64,000 bases of DNA from positions 2,480,001-2,544,000 of the forward strand of contig JBLDXI010000009.1 in the NCBI GenBank assembly GCA_047495785.1. The letters are read 5' to 3'. The translations under genes were made by a program, and so were the position numbers. Of the stretch, positions 28,682-40,966 are shown piece after piece (within the stretch, counting starts at the first letter, position 1; the number at the start of each line of letters is the position of its first letter). A model generated the notes under the pieces. The model made no database searches, was not told where the DNA came from, and saw only the letters and a list, made by a program, of their open reading frames with translations. The stretch comes from Lepidodermella squamata. Lineage: Eukaryota > Animalia > Gastrotricha.

Positions 28682-30074
28682 ATGGAATCATTAGTTGGCC
28701 TGAGGGTTCTGGGCAACTTCAGAAAGGATGCTGAGAAGGAAAATTCGGCTATTTTGGTTCAACCAGCCCTTAGCGAAGCTGTCGTAAAGGCGATGCCGAT
28801 TTCGTTCCAATTCGGCGGCGACATAGCAGCGAATGTCCTGTTATCTGCCTCTTCCCGATTGCTCGAACCATCCAAGCAACAGCCAATGTCTGTTAACATT
28901 GAATACGTTAACCCGGGCAGCTATGCCGAAGATCGCCGTTATCACGTGAAAAAGCTGCGCGAATCGAACAATTTCACGCATTCGTCGGTGAAATTGAAGC
29001 AGGGCGACCGTGTCGTGGCTGCTGCTAACTTGCAATTTCACGCCTATGAACATCAACCTGCCTCGCTTCAGTACGAATCGGCCTATCCTGAAGATTGCCC
29101 GCTTCCAACCGAGCTTGATGACGACTATGTCGCGTTTAAGAAGCTTGTTGCTAATCTGTGAGTCATAATTATTTGATTGATATATTTTTATATTTTTTTC
29201 GCAAAATTAGGCCAGAAATTAGCAGCGAGTCGACGGGATATGGCAAGCGCCAAATGATGATACTACAGGCTCTGGGACTGCAATGTCGACCATGTGATCC
29301 AACGACGTATTTCCGACTGAATAAGGAGCCAAAGACTCGCTTGTTTTTTTGGATGCGTTTCCGTGACAACGGTTTTTTATATTTTAATCTCATTTGCGAT
29401 AATAACTACTTACTTTGGCGGAATAATATTTTGATTACCGTAAATTCCGAAATACAAGCCGAGGCGGCGCTCTTTGTCGGCACTTTGATGTTCTTTGTAA
29501 TGCCGCCTGGGCTTATATTTGAATATTTACGGTAGTTAATTCGCCCAAATTATGCAAAATATTTAATTGAATTTAGTCGGAAATTTTTCCAACATTACAT
29601 TTTGCGGGATTTTCTGAAAAACCAGGATTTAGTATATTATTTAAAATTAATTAAAAAATAACAAAATAGCTGAATTAATTATGCAAAATTGCACGATTTA
29701 TTGGTTGGAGTTTGTTGCCAATTTTTGCTAATTTAATTTTCCTAATTACAGAAATCGCCAAGTTTCATCCTGATATTGAAAACACGACTTGGTCCGCTGC
29801 CATGTTGGCTTACATGTCCGACTACCGAATTCTCGGCTCAGCCCTGCGCCAAAATCCTGAATTTCGCGACGGGAAAACGACAACGTTGTCTCACTCGATG
29901 TGGTTTTCGCCTGATCCTGAGCACCAACTGAAGTCGCCCACTGATTGGGTCCTCTACGACACCCATACTATCATGTCTGGCAACAACACATGCCTATGCA
30001 CAGGTTACATGTGGAACGACAAAAAACAGTTGATTTGTGTTACTAAACAGCTCGGACTTGTACGCCCTAAATAA
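28682..30074 (+). CDS. Acyl-CoA thioesterase II (ACOT8/TesB family)
   Basis: Approximate exons 28682-29157, 29211-29371, 29752-30074. Motifs FGGDIAA, FFWMR, LAYMSDY, LSHSMWF, WVLY fit a double-hotdog TesB fold. Confidence 0.8.
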
Positions 30075-30202
30075 TGAGGAGCCGTGCTAATTTAATTTCC
30101 GAAATAAACAAGTATTAGAATAAAATCAATCTGGGGGAAGGTGGAGAGACATTTATTTACAAATAAATCAAATGGGATGAACGAGCAGGTTTTTAACAAA
30201 GA

Positions 30203-30478
30203 TTATCGGCGTAACAATTGGTACCATGGTGCTTTTCTGCCCTTTGGTTTGCTGGCCTCCTTACAGTCGGAATCTTCACCAGGCGCTAGGCACATAAAGC
30301 ACCACAGGTTGATTTTAGAAATCCATGGTATCGGCGTTTGAGTAGCCACATGCCTGACCTGCTTGCCACCAGTCGATGCCGGAGCGACAACTGGGCAGAA
30401 AGTTTCAACCTCGTCGAAACTTAGCTGCGATTTAGGATGCTCATGCGATAGAGCATTTCGCCTAGTCTTGACAGACAT
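30203..30478 (-). CDS. Hypothetical 91-aa protein with a TQT (LC8-binding-like) motif
   Basis: Single ORF with an A-rich start context; AATAAA ~45 nt after the stop; contains RHVATQTP. Confidence 0.35.
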   Translation of the reverse strand: MSVKTRRNALSHEHPKSQLSFDEVETFCPVVAPASTGGKQVRHVATQTPIPWISKINLWCFMCLAPGEDSDCKEASKPKGRKAPWYQLLRR

Positions 30479-31160
30479 TTAAAAAAAATTGAATGGGCAG
30501 ATTATTTTTCCCCGGTCTTGAGCATTTTCCTATATCTCTTGAGATTTCGAAGATTTAATTCCTGTGGGGCGATATTTTAAATAAATTAGATAAATCTTTT
30601 GGCTCACTGACGTCTTTGCGGAATCCTATCCTCGATTTTCTAACTTAATTTAATGCGTGGTTTTTTATGTTATTTTTTTTATTTTTAAAATAAAAAATTG
30701 AATTATGTTCTAGTTTAACGAAAATCCGGGGCAATAGCCGGGTTCAAATTCCATTGTTTTCTTATTATAAATTTTTGATTATAAAAGAACGCACACTCGT
30801 TGCGTCACGAAAATAGCGATTAATCGCATCCTTGACGGAACTCATCTTGAATGGTAAATAATTAACGATCAACGTTCGCCGCAGACGTATGATATCAATT
30901 TATCCAGATACCCGAAATTGTGGGTCAACACGTGCGCGGAACTGTTGATCTATGGGCCTAGCACCCATCACATGGCGACGGCTATATCCATCCTCATCAA
31001 CACTTTAATAATTTAACATCGTCTGAGTACGAATAAAAAAACGGTATAAAAGGCGGGATTTCTTCCGGTAGAATCTCAGGTGAAGTGCAAGCATGCAATT
31101 CATGTTGCTAGACGTTTTTTGACGAAGGCCCCACGCCGGTCTCTCTGAGGCTGAGATACA

Positions 31161-31976
31161 ATGCTTTCTCGTTCAAGAATTGCCGCAAGAATTACGCCGA
31201 TGGCGACGGACGGCGGACCGCCACCACCTTACGAATCGCTTCTGCCGATAAGGCTAGTCATGCCTTACCCCGAGTCCCCTACAACTGTGACTCGTTTTTC
31301 CAAGTAAGAACTTGTTTTTCAATAACGGGAAATTTCTCAAATTCCTTTAGCCCACCTCTTGATGTAGCAATCCCGTCGTCATCAAAGCCGGTCGACCACC
31401 AACGCCGACCGCCAGCCCTCAAAACCGGCTGCGAAATTGTGCCAGAACTGCTGCGATAATGTCTGTTTTCTCCGGAATGCCATGCGCGATTCCTGCGATG
31501 ATTTTCGCCTGGGGACGGCCGAATGCAACAGCGGCTGAGGTGGACGATCTGCCACCGACTCCGCCGGGTTACCAGTGCCAGGAACTCAACGAGCGACTCG
31601 ACACGGCTAGGAAGAGATACCGCATTTCTATCCTATGCAGCTGTCTTTGCCTGATCAGCATCATAGCAGTTGCCATCATTGCTGTCAACAAAACTGGTAA
31701 TTACTTCGGCAGCTTGAGTGTGGAAGACCGCCTTCAAGCCTCATGTCCCTACCCTCCGAGTAATGACCTTAAAAGGTAAGGCTGGAAATTGAATTTGAAA
31801 TTGAAAATCACCGCTGTTTTTTTAATAGGAATCTGCGAGATGGCCCGGGGTCGACATGGATTGGCCGATTTCCGAGAGCTTGCCCCAATTCGAAAGCGGA
31901 GAGCTATTGTAATTGCGTCGATTTGAAGTACGAAACAGTGTCCTACGTCAACTGCTGTGACAATTTCAACAACTAA
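31161..31976 (+). CDS. CD225/dispanin-like membrane protein with C-terminal 6-Cys domain
   Basis: Exons 31161-31303, 31368-31775, 31829-31976 (both introns phase 2). PPPPY; SVFSGMPCAIPAMIFAW; RYRISIL TM; CPYPPS...CPNSKAESYCNC...NCCD; TATAAAA at ~31045. Confidence 0.75.
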
Positions 31977-32132
31977 ATAGGCTTATCTCAGTGATTAATT
32001 TTTAGCTTATACCCTGAGTATTTATTGATCAATAAACATGTTTGGAGTGTGCAATTATTGCTCGAGAGTTGACATCGATTTTAGATTGTACAGTACAGGC
32101 AAGCAAAAAAGCGACAGAGCTAAATTTATCTG

Positions 32133-34430
32133 ATGTTGAAAATGTTGGAATTTCGTCAGATTTTCGCTTACACTTTATTCATCGTAGCTTTGACCGTGAA
32201 TTCCTTACTCACCTCGGCTATTGGCGATTCAGAAAATGTGACAAAATTAACGATAGGAACCGGTGAAAATTCTACGGAAGAAACTGAAATCATAGGTTTG
32301 TTGTTTGTTGTTGTTTGTACGTTACCGATATTATCGAAAGAAATTCCTTATTCTCATATTAGCTTCGACCGTCAATTCCTCAACCATCGACGATTCAAAG
32401 GGCAATGTTGATTCGGAAAATGTGACAGAATTAATTGGACCGGGTGAAAATTCTACGGAGGAAACCGAAATCATAGGTTTTTTCTTACCGATTTTTCAAA
32501 AACTCCTTGATTTTCAGGAATTTTATCCAGTTTCAGAACAAGACCTCACAAGAATAATTTTCGCAAATTATTCAAAAAGTCGACGGCCTTTAAAAGATGC
32601 CACGAAAGTTATTGTTGTCGAGGTCCAGCTAAGCGTTTTTGCTATCGATGAAGCTGTAAAATTAAGAAAAACTCACGTTTAATTCGTTTAATTTTTGAAT
32701 TTTTCAGGAAATTAAAAAATCAGAATTGTTAACAACGAGTTCTTTGACAGTCGCCTGGTATGACGAATTCCTGAAATGGGACGAGTTATATCCTCACAAT
32801 GAATCGATACCCGTTCTAACAGTCGATTTAGATGAGATTTGGATACCAAATTTACTTCTTGTTGATGCGTAATTTTTTAAATAATTTTTTAAATTTTCAA
32901 TGGAATTTTTAAAACTTTAGCGAGGAAAGGTACGCTCTAACCAAGCCGAAAGGTTTTATGATGTCAGTCTTCGCGAACGGTTATACTCAATTTTACCCCG
33001 AGGCCACAGTGAGCACATTCTGCGAGATGGATCCAACTTATTTCCCGTTCGACGAACACAACTGTAGTATGACTTTTGTTATGAACGGCGACACAGTGGA
33101 TCAAGTGATGATAAGGCTGGACAACAAGTCTGGCGCGTTCAACTTTTTCCGCCTTGAAGACAGCGAGGAATGGGCGTTGGTTGGTACATGGGCTGATATT
33201 TTCAACAGCTGCATACCCAATGGGGCTGATCAGCCTCCAAATTGTTACTCTGGGGCAGTTTTTTACATGTTGCTTCAAAGGAAAAATCTTTACTCGCTGG
33301 TTTCAATACTCGTGCCTGCTTTGATTCTTTCCTTAGTCGGCAGTTTCACCTTCATTATACCGGTCAGTTTTATCAGAAAACTTGTACCGGAACCAAATTT
33401 GCGGTGAATGGAACCTAATTTGATGTAGCGGAGCCAAACTCGAAATATTAAAAGATACACTTTTCGAATAATTTTAGGAATTCGAGGCAAAGCATGATTT
33501 CAGGATGGAACACTTGGCCCATGCAGAAGTTTGATTCAATGGCTATTTATTTGTAGCTATTTTGGCCAGGCTTGGTTCCCTTGAAAGAAGTCCAAAAGAA
33601 GTCCCAAGATTTAGCTCCGCTCACCTTAAATTTGGTTCCAGTAAAAGGAGGATCCCAGTTTTATTACCAATAATTTTTCGAAAAATCGTGTTTTTTAAGG
33701 TGGAGGATGTTGTGAAGTTGCGAATTACGGTTACTTGCTTGTTGGCTGTGGTCATTTTCCAGGCGACTGTTAACCATTACGAGATGCCAACGTCCTCAGA
33801 ACACCTGCCTCTTCTTTGCGTGTATCTGGATCTAATAAGTATGTACATCGCCTGGGCCATGGGATGCCAAGGCCTAGCTGTCTATTGCTACGAAAAATCC
33901 CGAATTCCTGGAAATGTACATTTTCCAACATTCCAGATTTCCAATTTAATATGAGATTTTTTCAGACTATGAATCCCTGCCTACGAGCAATCGGCGGATT
34001 TTTCAAATTTTCCCTGAGATTTTCGGCGATTAAAAGCTTTTTCCTGGAGATATTTCCCGGGCCTAATACCGGTGAAGGGCAAACTGATCAACCTAAGGAC
34101 GAACTGCTGTCGCGATATCGTGATTTTGAAACGACGAAATACAGCTCAGATCTATGCGTTTCCCGCGAAGAACGACTGACGGCTATTTTCGGCGAAGATG
34201 ATTTTAAAGCCCGAAAATTGAGTAAGAAAAAGCTGGCATCAGACCTCGACCCAACATACTGGCTGACATTCAGCGGATTGGTTGAAAAATTCGGTTTCAT
34301 CACGTATTTGCTGATGGTTTTAATAACTCCGATCGTCATATTTTACCGACTCCCGCCCAGAACGACTGGTCTAATTACCAGACCGCCGGCTTATTTATGG
34401 AAAGAAGGCAATGCTACTACGAGTCTATAA
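32133..34430 (+). CDS. Cys-loop ligand-gated ion channel subunit (divergent nAChR-like, non-alpha)
   Basis: Multi-exon. YSKSRRP, WYDEFLKW, IWIPN, Cys-loop CEMDPTYFPFDEHNC, LQRKNLY, M1-M4 hydrophobic segments, MPTSSEHLPLL; no vicinal loop-C cysteines. Confidence 0.85.
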
Positions 34431-36105
34431 TGGTTGCATTCGGAAATATTGTTGTTAGTAACGTCATCTTTGCGGCAGTAGACAATACAGCTTCGACTGA
34501 TCGCCGCTCCGTCGCTGAAAGTTCGACTAGAATAAGGAAATAGGTCATCAGCGCCCCAGCTAACTGTAATAAAAAAATGATGTAATTATAAAAATTAAGG
34601 TGGATTATTTATAAATTACAGCCATAATTGATTCGTTTCGCAAATAAAGCAGATTAAAGAAGGTCAGTGAAACAGGTTCGGAACCGCATTGGCCAAGCAA
34701 TACTAAGAACTGGAAATCATTTTTCAAAAAAATTAAATAAAAATCAAAAAATTAAAAATGCCCAAAATAAATTAAATTTTAATAAATTTCAATTTTTTTT
34801 AAATTTACCTCTACACCATTAGCTGCATCATCGCCTTGAAAAACGTGGTGAGTTTGAACTTGATATAGCGCATCTCGAACGCTCTGAGCTTTGAAGTTGA
34901 GAAAAGCCGACACAAATAAGTGGCAGATGAGGAATAGGAAGCAAGCACTCGACCATGCGGCGAATGTGAGTCGCATCAAAAAATCATCACCACCCCACCC
35001 CAACTGATAGGCCATCGCTAGAAATCCATAGAAGCCGAAAGCCATTGAAGCAGCGATGCAGAATCGAGCGACACTATCTAGTTGTTTCACGCTGTTGGCT
35101 AAAAATCGATAGGCCCGACGAATATTGTCGATTTCTAGGCGAAAAAACTGGAGAGTTGGCCGATCTGGTTGCAGCGGCATCCCGTCGATTGTTTCTATAA
35201 CTGGTGTTATCGCATTTTCATAGGTACTTTTCGCATCGTCTTCCTCCTGTTCCTCAGCTTCACTAGCATTTTCCTCCAGTTCTGCTTGACATTCCGCCAA
35301 TTCAATTTGCTCGTGGATAAAATTTTTCATGTGCCAAAATCGGCTGGCGAATTCGAAGGTGAGGCAGCAGATAAATAAATTGACGAAAATTGTAGCTGAG
35401 TCGGAGACAAATGAGAGAAATGCGACGAAGCCAACGCTTGTTAGGTAATAGGACTCATATTCCGGGGCTCCGAAAATTTGGTAGAAAGGCGCAACCATCG
35501 GCCCGAAAAGCTCCTTCCTCACGGTAGCCGCCACCGTGATCAGTGTATTATTCGTGAAAATGAAACCCCAACAAAATGCGTGAATAACTGGTCGAAAAAA
35601 ATTCAAAATTAATTTTGAAAAATTAAATAAACTCACAATAAAAAAGGCGGCACCTTTGTTTTGTGAAGAGTTTGCTATTGTCAAGCCAAAACGAGTTCCA
35701 CGATGTCACTCGATTTTCATCTCGGCCTGTCTTATTCTTCGCTATAAAGTTTTCGGTGTCTAATAGGTCAAATGTCTCGAGCCATCTATCCACGCCGTTC
35801 GAGCAGGTTTTAAGGAGGAAGGCCGTCCGAAGCAAGGCGCTGGTCAAATAGTAACCGGCGATCATTCCGGCGTACGAAACGCTCGAAACTCGTTTCGGGA
35901 CGTAGTAGAAGAGCAGCATTTCCCGGCAACAGTTGAGCCAGCCGAAGAAGCATAAACTGATCGGGTAGATGTAGTGCCAAAGCGTGTATTTCGGCTTGCA
36001 TTCATCGCTAGTTTTATGTCGCCAGCCTTTGAGCGACACTGTCGGATATAGGCCACATAATTGGAGGGAAATCAGCATTGGGTAGATGTTTTCCCTGTGT
36101 GTCAT
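34417..36105 (-). CDS. Gustatory receptor-like (GRL, 7tm_7-type) chemoreceptor/ion channel
   Basis: Exons 36105-35637, 35587-34809, 34709-34620, 34563-34417. N-terminal LQLCGLYP, multiple TMs, C-terminal TYFLILVE (TYxxxLxQF-like) motif, and phase-0 3' introns as in Gr/Grl genes. Confidence 0.8.
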
Positions 36106-38435
36106 GATTTTTCAGCTTTGAGATATTATTGAACATCCATCGCAGACGGAATTTTTAAAAATACTATTGATTAAAGTACTAAATAAAATGCTGAGAAGCT
36201 GAGATATAGACAATTTTGCAATTTGCATAAATTATTATTATTATTATCGATTCGTCAAAGAAAATTTGGCAAACATATATCGCAGGATATTTGAAATCAA
36301 GAAAAAATGCGGCAACGCGGTATATTTGGTGATTTTTTTAGATATATTACAGGTGTTTCGTGATTGATCAACCATGCACGCAGGGCAAAAAACCCGCATT
36401 GGATGTTGATAGTCCTCAGAGAGCCATTTATACAACTGAAAATCGATTTAATGTGTTGTAATTTCTCTGGGATAAAATGCGAAGGCTGGTCAACTTTATT
36501 GATATCGATTGTAAGCGATGAATATCGCCAGAATGACCGAATCAAGTTCGGAAAAAGAAACGCTAAATTTTTTGTTTCCGGCGAGTGATTATTAATCGCG
36601 AATTGGGTTATTTCCTGCCTACTTGTTCACGGCTGACTAGGTAATGAGATCACGTTATCACGGTATACTGAAACGGCGGTTAAATTTGGACCCGGTAAAT
36701 TTGATAAATCTTTTGACTGTTTTCGTACTCTACTATACAGGTAGTTCGAAAAATGTTGGTGCAATCACGTGAAGTGTGGAAGATCAGTTGTCCAGCGTAC
36801 CAAGTACCAAATGTAGAGCATTTTCAATCTAATTTCCCACAAAATTGAACAATAAACTTTAATCCGATTTCTGAGATTTTTTCCACCTCAAGCTAAAGGT
36901 GTCCACGCATACCATTCTACAATATTTACCTGCGTTTTACATTATAGATGTTCTTTGCTATTCGCGTAAACAGAATTCAGAATTCAGAAATGGCAAAGAA
37001 ATTAGAGCGAGGACTTCAGAGCAAAACGACAAAAGAGCAAATTAATTAATTGTAATGGCTTGTTTCAGTCAAGGGAAGGAGGCGAAACTGGATTAATAAA
37101 CAATGGTTTTTAATCCGTGTCCAAGCACACAGAAGCGAGAAAAAGACATCGAAAAGTGTGTTTTACGAAAGTGCAAAAAATTGAAATTGAAAAAATCGCC
37201 CTGCATCTTTCCATGCAAAAGTATCGTAGGGGATAACTCATAACATAGGCCTCCGATTTTCGATCTGAAAATATATTCTTACTCGTCACAACGAGTAGAC
37301 CACGATGGGCTATTTATTTTTGAAAATTACCCTAAAACTTTATTTTTTTAAATTGTCAAAGTTTCCGTTATTTTTCGTTTTTCATTTCATTTTATGGCTA
37401 AATATAAAGAAGATCGCATGTTTGGACCTCTCGCCACAGAACTCGGATTAATTTCCAGTTACTATAGCATGTGTTAGTTTTATTTATAGTATGCCCGGGC
37501 GGCGCTATAGGCACGAGTTATTTCAATGAAAAACATTGGCTCGTCAAAAGAAGAAAGATTTGATATTAAATATAATAATTTTGAGGAATTTTGATTTTGG
37601 TGTCTATTTTTTCAATGTAAAGAGCCCAGATTTGTTGGTTCTTGAGTTACCCAATATGTAATGCGAAATAAGCTGCGAAATAAGTAACGCCGAGTGAAAC
37701 GTGTTGTGCTTACAATGAATCATGCAAAAAAAAGATAAACAACTCTGCTTTGTAGGCAAAATGACTATAAAATTTTAAATTTCGCGCCAAAATAACATGT
37801 GTCAAGGTCGAATTTTCAAAAAATAGCCTATCGTTATGAGAAACACGTGTTTAGGTAAACTGGAAATTATCAAGTCGTGGAAATTCGTATTTCAATAGTT
37901 ATCCCCTAATAATCGATCAAAAAAATCGATGAAATTTCGGCACACACTTTTGAGGTCTTTTTCAAAAAATTTCTGAACGCCAGATGGTGCAAAAATAATC
38001 CAGTTTCGCCTCCTTCCCTTGGTTTCAGTGTGTTTTCTTGAAGTAGCCAACGCGAGAGCTATCGTTAGACAGCAAACGCGACAAAACGCCAAATTTTTTA
38101 TTTCGCGACAAAACAGCAAAAAATAGCGAAAAGATTGTGTTTTTGCTGTCATGTCGCAAATAATGCAATCCGCTGTTTTGCAGCTTTTGCTGTTTTCGCG
38201 CCATGCCGAGCCGAGCTATCATTGAATTGCGTAATTTGCGTAATATTTTTCCTTAATTTTCTCTTTTTCGTTGATCTGATTCAAGTTTGCTCTAACTTTG
38301 CTGCTTCGATAAATTATTTATCTCAAATTGAATTGCTCTTTTGTCGTTTTTTTCTATTTTTCTCTTTCTTTTTTCGTTTTTTCAATTGCTCCAAGTCCTT
38401 GCTGTTTTCGGGCAAATAGCATATTGATCCTATCC

Positions 38436-39299
38436 TACACCTTTTTTCATTTGCAATTTCATTATTTTTATTAAAGAAAAACGCGTTTATTTTTTCATGA
38501 TCATCAGCGTATTCATTTAATTCATTTTCTTACTTTTTTCTACCTAAGAATTTACTCGATCTTCGAAGGTTCGCTGTATGCGAATACGAAACCCGAATGG
38601 GATGAATTATATATCAAATTGAAGCTAGATATATAATCTTTTCAAATATGCGATCAGATCGGCAAAATCATTATTTGTTTCGCAGAAACTAAGCAGTAAG
38701 TAGAATGAACTGCAAAGATGTTTTCCTTGGGTAGTTTTTATATTTTATAGGTATAAGGCCCCTCCCTCCTCCCCAAAAACGATTAGAACAATCAGGCGAA
38801 GGTGATATCTCGAGTAGAAGCGATAGAACCTCAAAAAATTTGGCTTTAGTAGCATTTTGGGCAATAGCTTACGCGGGTGCTGAGGTAGTTTTCACAAATA
38901 TTGCTTTGGTTTCATCATGAAATGATGAAATTAGCGAAGACTAAGTAATAGAATAGTTCCTTAGCAGTTATTTGTTGAAAAATAAACATAATTGTAGGTA
39001 AAATCAGAAGAAACTTTCCGAACAACCAGTCGGCTAAAACGTTGAATACCTTCAATAACAAAATGGCATCCAGTCTTTTAATATCACAGCTAGATAGATC
39101 AGATCTCTAGCTTCAATTTGATATATAGTTCACCCCATTCGGGTTTCGTATTCGCATACAGCGAACCTTCGAAGATCGAGTAAATTCTTAGGTAGAAAAA
39201 AGTAAGAAAATGAATTAAATGAATACGCTGATGATCATGAAAAAATAAACGCGTGTTTCTTTAATAAAAATAATGAAATTGCAAAGGAAAAAAGGTGTA
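38436..39299. mobile_element. MITE with ~190-bp near-perfect terminal inverted repeats
   Basis: 38436-38628 is the reverse complement of 39107-39299 (TACACCTTTTTTC.TTTGCAATTTC...GAAGCTAG) with only a few mismatches. No internal coding capacity. Confidence 0.9.
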
Positions 39300-39433
39300 T
39301 CCAATTTCACGGCTATATAATTAAAATAACTTTTTAATTGAAGTTCTCACATTTTATTGCTGAAAAATATACATAGGGAATCAGCAAAAATCAGGTTTCT
39401 GTTGCTTCAAGTCACTAGTTTTATAACTGTTAA

Positions 39434-40966
39434 TCAGCGGCTTTGAACGGCGATTTCATACGCTGGCGGTTTGTGGATCAAGCCATTCATGCCGTCTTCA
39501 TACTCAACCTGCGGCGTGGTCAGTTTGAAATTGAAAGGATGCAACATCGCCGTCAGGAAGACAAAATACTCGACGCGGGCCAACGCTTCACCTAAGCAAA
39601 TTCTTGGCCCGATGCCAAATGGCATAAAGTGCGAAGAGTGGCTCAACAACTGCCCATTCTCGCCAATCCACCGATCCGGATTGAAAACCTTCGGCCTATC
39701 CCAGTAATTTTCATCGAAATGAAGAGCGGCGGCGTTGTAGCAAATCAAGGTATTAGCCGGTATGTCGTACCCGGAAATTGTATCAGGCTCATCGAGGTTG
39801 GAATGGAACACAGCCGTCGGAGCTAGCGATGCGTGGCGAAGAACTTCATGCATCACCGCGTCAATGTAAACCAACTGGGGGCGATCGTTCGAGGTCGGCA
39901 AACGGTCTGTATCAATCACCCTATCAATAGCATCTTGACATTTCCGTTGAATTTCAGGGTATTTCGTTAGGTAGAACAACGTCCAGCATAACGCTGTAGC
40001 AGTTGTTTCAGTTCCAGCCAAAAACATTTCCGTCATTATTTCCGCGAACTCACGCAGATTCATGGCTTCATCCTTCTGGCTCTGCGATGCGAGGTACAAA
40101 TCGGGGAAATCGCGAATGTTCTCTGGGTCGAAATCAGCTTTGTGCTCTTCAATAGCTTTCCTCTCCAGCTTTTCAAGCAGATCAACACAGCCTATAGACG
40201 CTTGGATCTGGCTCGGAGTTTTAAAGTATTTCAAAAATGGCAATAGCATGAAAGCAGTGCTTTCGACGGTCGATTGTTTCGTCAGTTCAAAGACGAAATC
40301 TAGAACTTTCTGAAAACTCGGGTCGCTGTAGTGCATGCGTTTTCCGATTACCAATGAGCATATCACGTTGCAGACTGCATTAGTAACCACATTTGTTGGA
40401 TTGAATGACGTCTTATCTTTAGCTAATTTGCTGAAATCATCCAACAAAACAACGACTTCTTCCTGGATCTTGACAACCATCGCCTCCTTACCCATTCCTA
40501 TGTAGAAAGGAAATTCAGATTTTTTGAAAAATTCAAATTTTTTTATACCAAAATCTCGCATAGCTTTTAACCCGAACCGGCGGTGCTTTTTCCATCGGTC
40601 GTTGTTAGCAAACACAATGCCTTCCTGCATTTTTTCGTAGCCGGGAATTCGTTGTTCGAAACGGCCGCTGAACGTTCGACCATGCTCAACCAGGGCCTCG
40701 TGGATTACCTTTGAATCGTTCAAGCAAACCATGCGGATCGGACCCATGTAGAACGTGAAAATTGGGCCGTATTGCTTGGATAAATCACGGAAAAATTCCC
40801 ATAGGATAGGCTTCTTCCCAGCAAACATGAGTTTATTCAAATTTCCAAGCCATGGAACTGGGCTAGGGCCTGGGGGCAGGCGGTGCCTCTTATCCAAAAG
40901 ATACCGCCGATGAGTTAGAAGCAAAAGAAATGCCGGGACAAGAATAGCCAATGCGTAGAAAATCAT
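39434..40966 (-). CDS. Cytochrome P450, CYP2-clan-like
   Basis: N-terminal TM, LPPGP, WKKHRRF, AGTETT, EVLR, PDRW, heme motif FGIGPRICLG. One 51-nt intron at 40498-40548. Confidence 0.95.
   Translation of the reverse strand: MIFYALAILVPAFLLLLTHRRYLLDKRHRLPPGPSPVPWLGNLNKLMFAGKKPILWEFFRDLSKQYGPIFTFYMGPIRMVCLNDSKVIHEALVEHGRTFSGRFEQRIPGYEKMQEGIVFANNDRWKKHRRFGLKAMRDFGIKKFEFFKKSEFPFYIGMGKEAMVVKIQEEVVVLLDDFSKLAKDKTSFNPTNVVTNAVCNVICSLVIGKRMHYSDPSFQKVLDFVFELTKQSTVESTAFMLLPFLKYFKTPSQIQASIGCVDLLEKLERKAIEEHKADFDPENIRDFPDLYLASQSQKDEAMNLREFAEIMTEMFLAGTETTATALCWTLFYLTKYPEIQRKCQDAIDRVIDTDRLPTSNDRPQLVYIDAVMHEVLRHASLAPTAVFHSNLDEPDTISGYDIPANTLICYNAAALHFDENYWDRPKVFNPDRWIGENGQLLSHSSHFMPFGIGPRICLGEALARVEYFVFLTAMLHPFNFKLTTPQVEYEDGMNGLIHKPPAYEIAVQSR

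Noticed and set aside
31351-31458. Apparent premature stop making the 31161 gene a pseudogene
   Set aside because: Using the acceptor at 31367 instead of 31350 restores the frame and yields NNPVVIK, matching paralogs.
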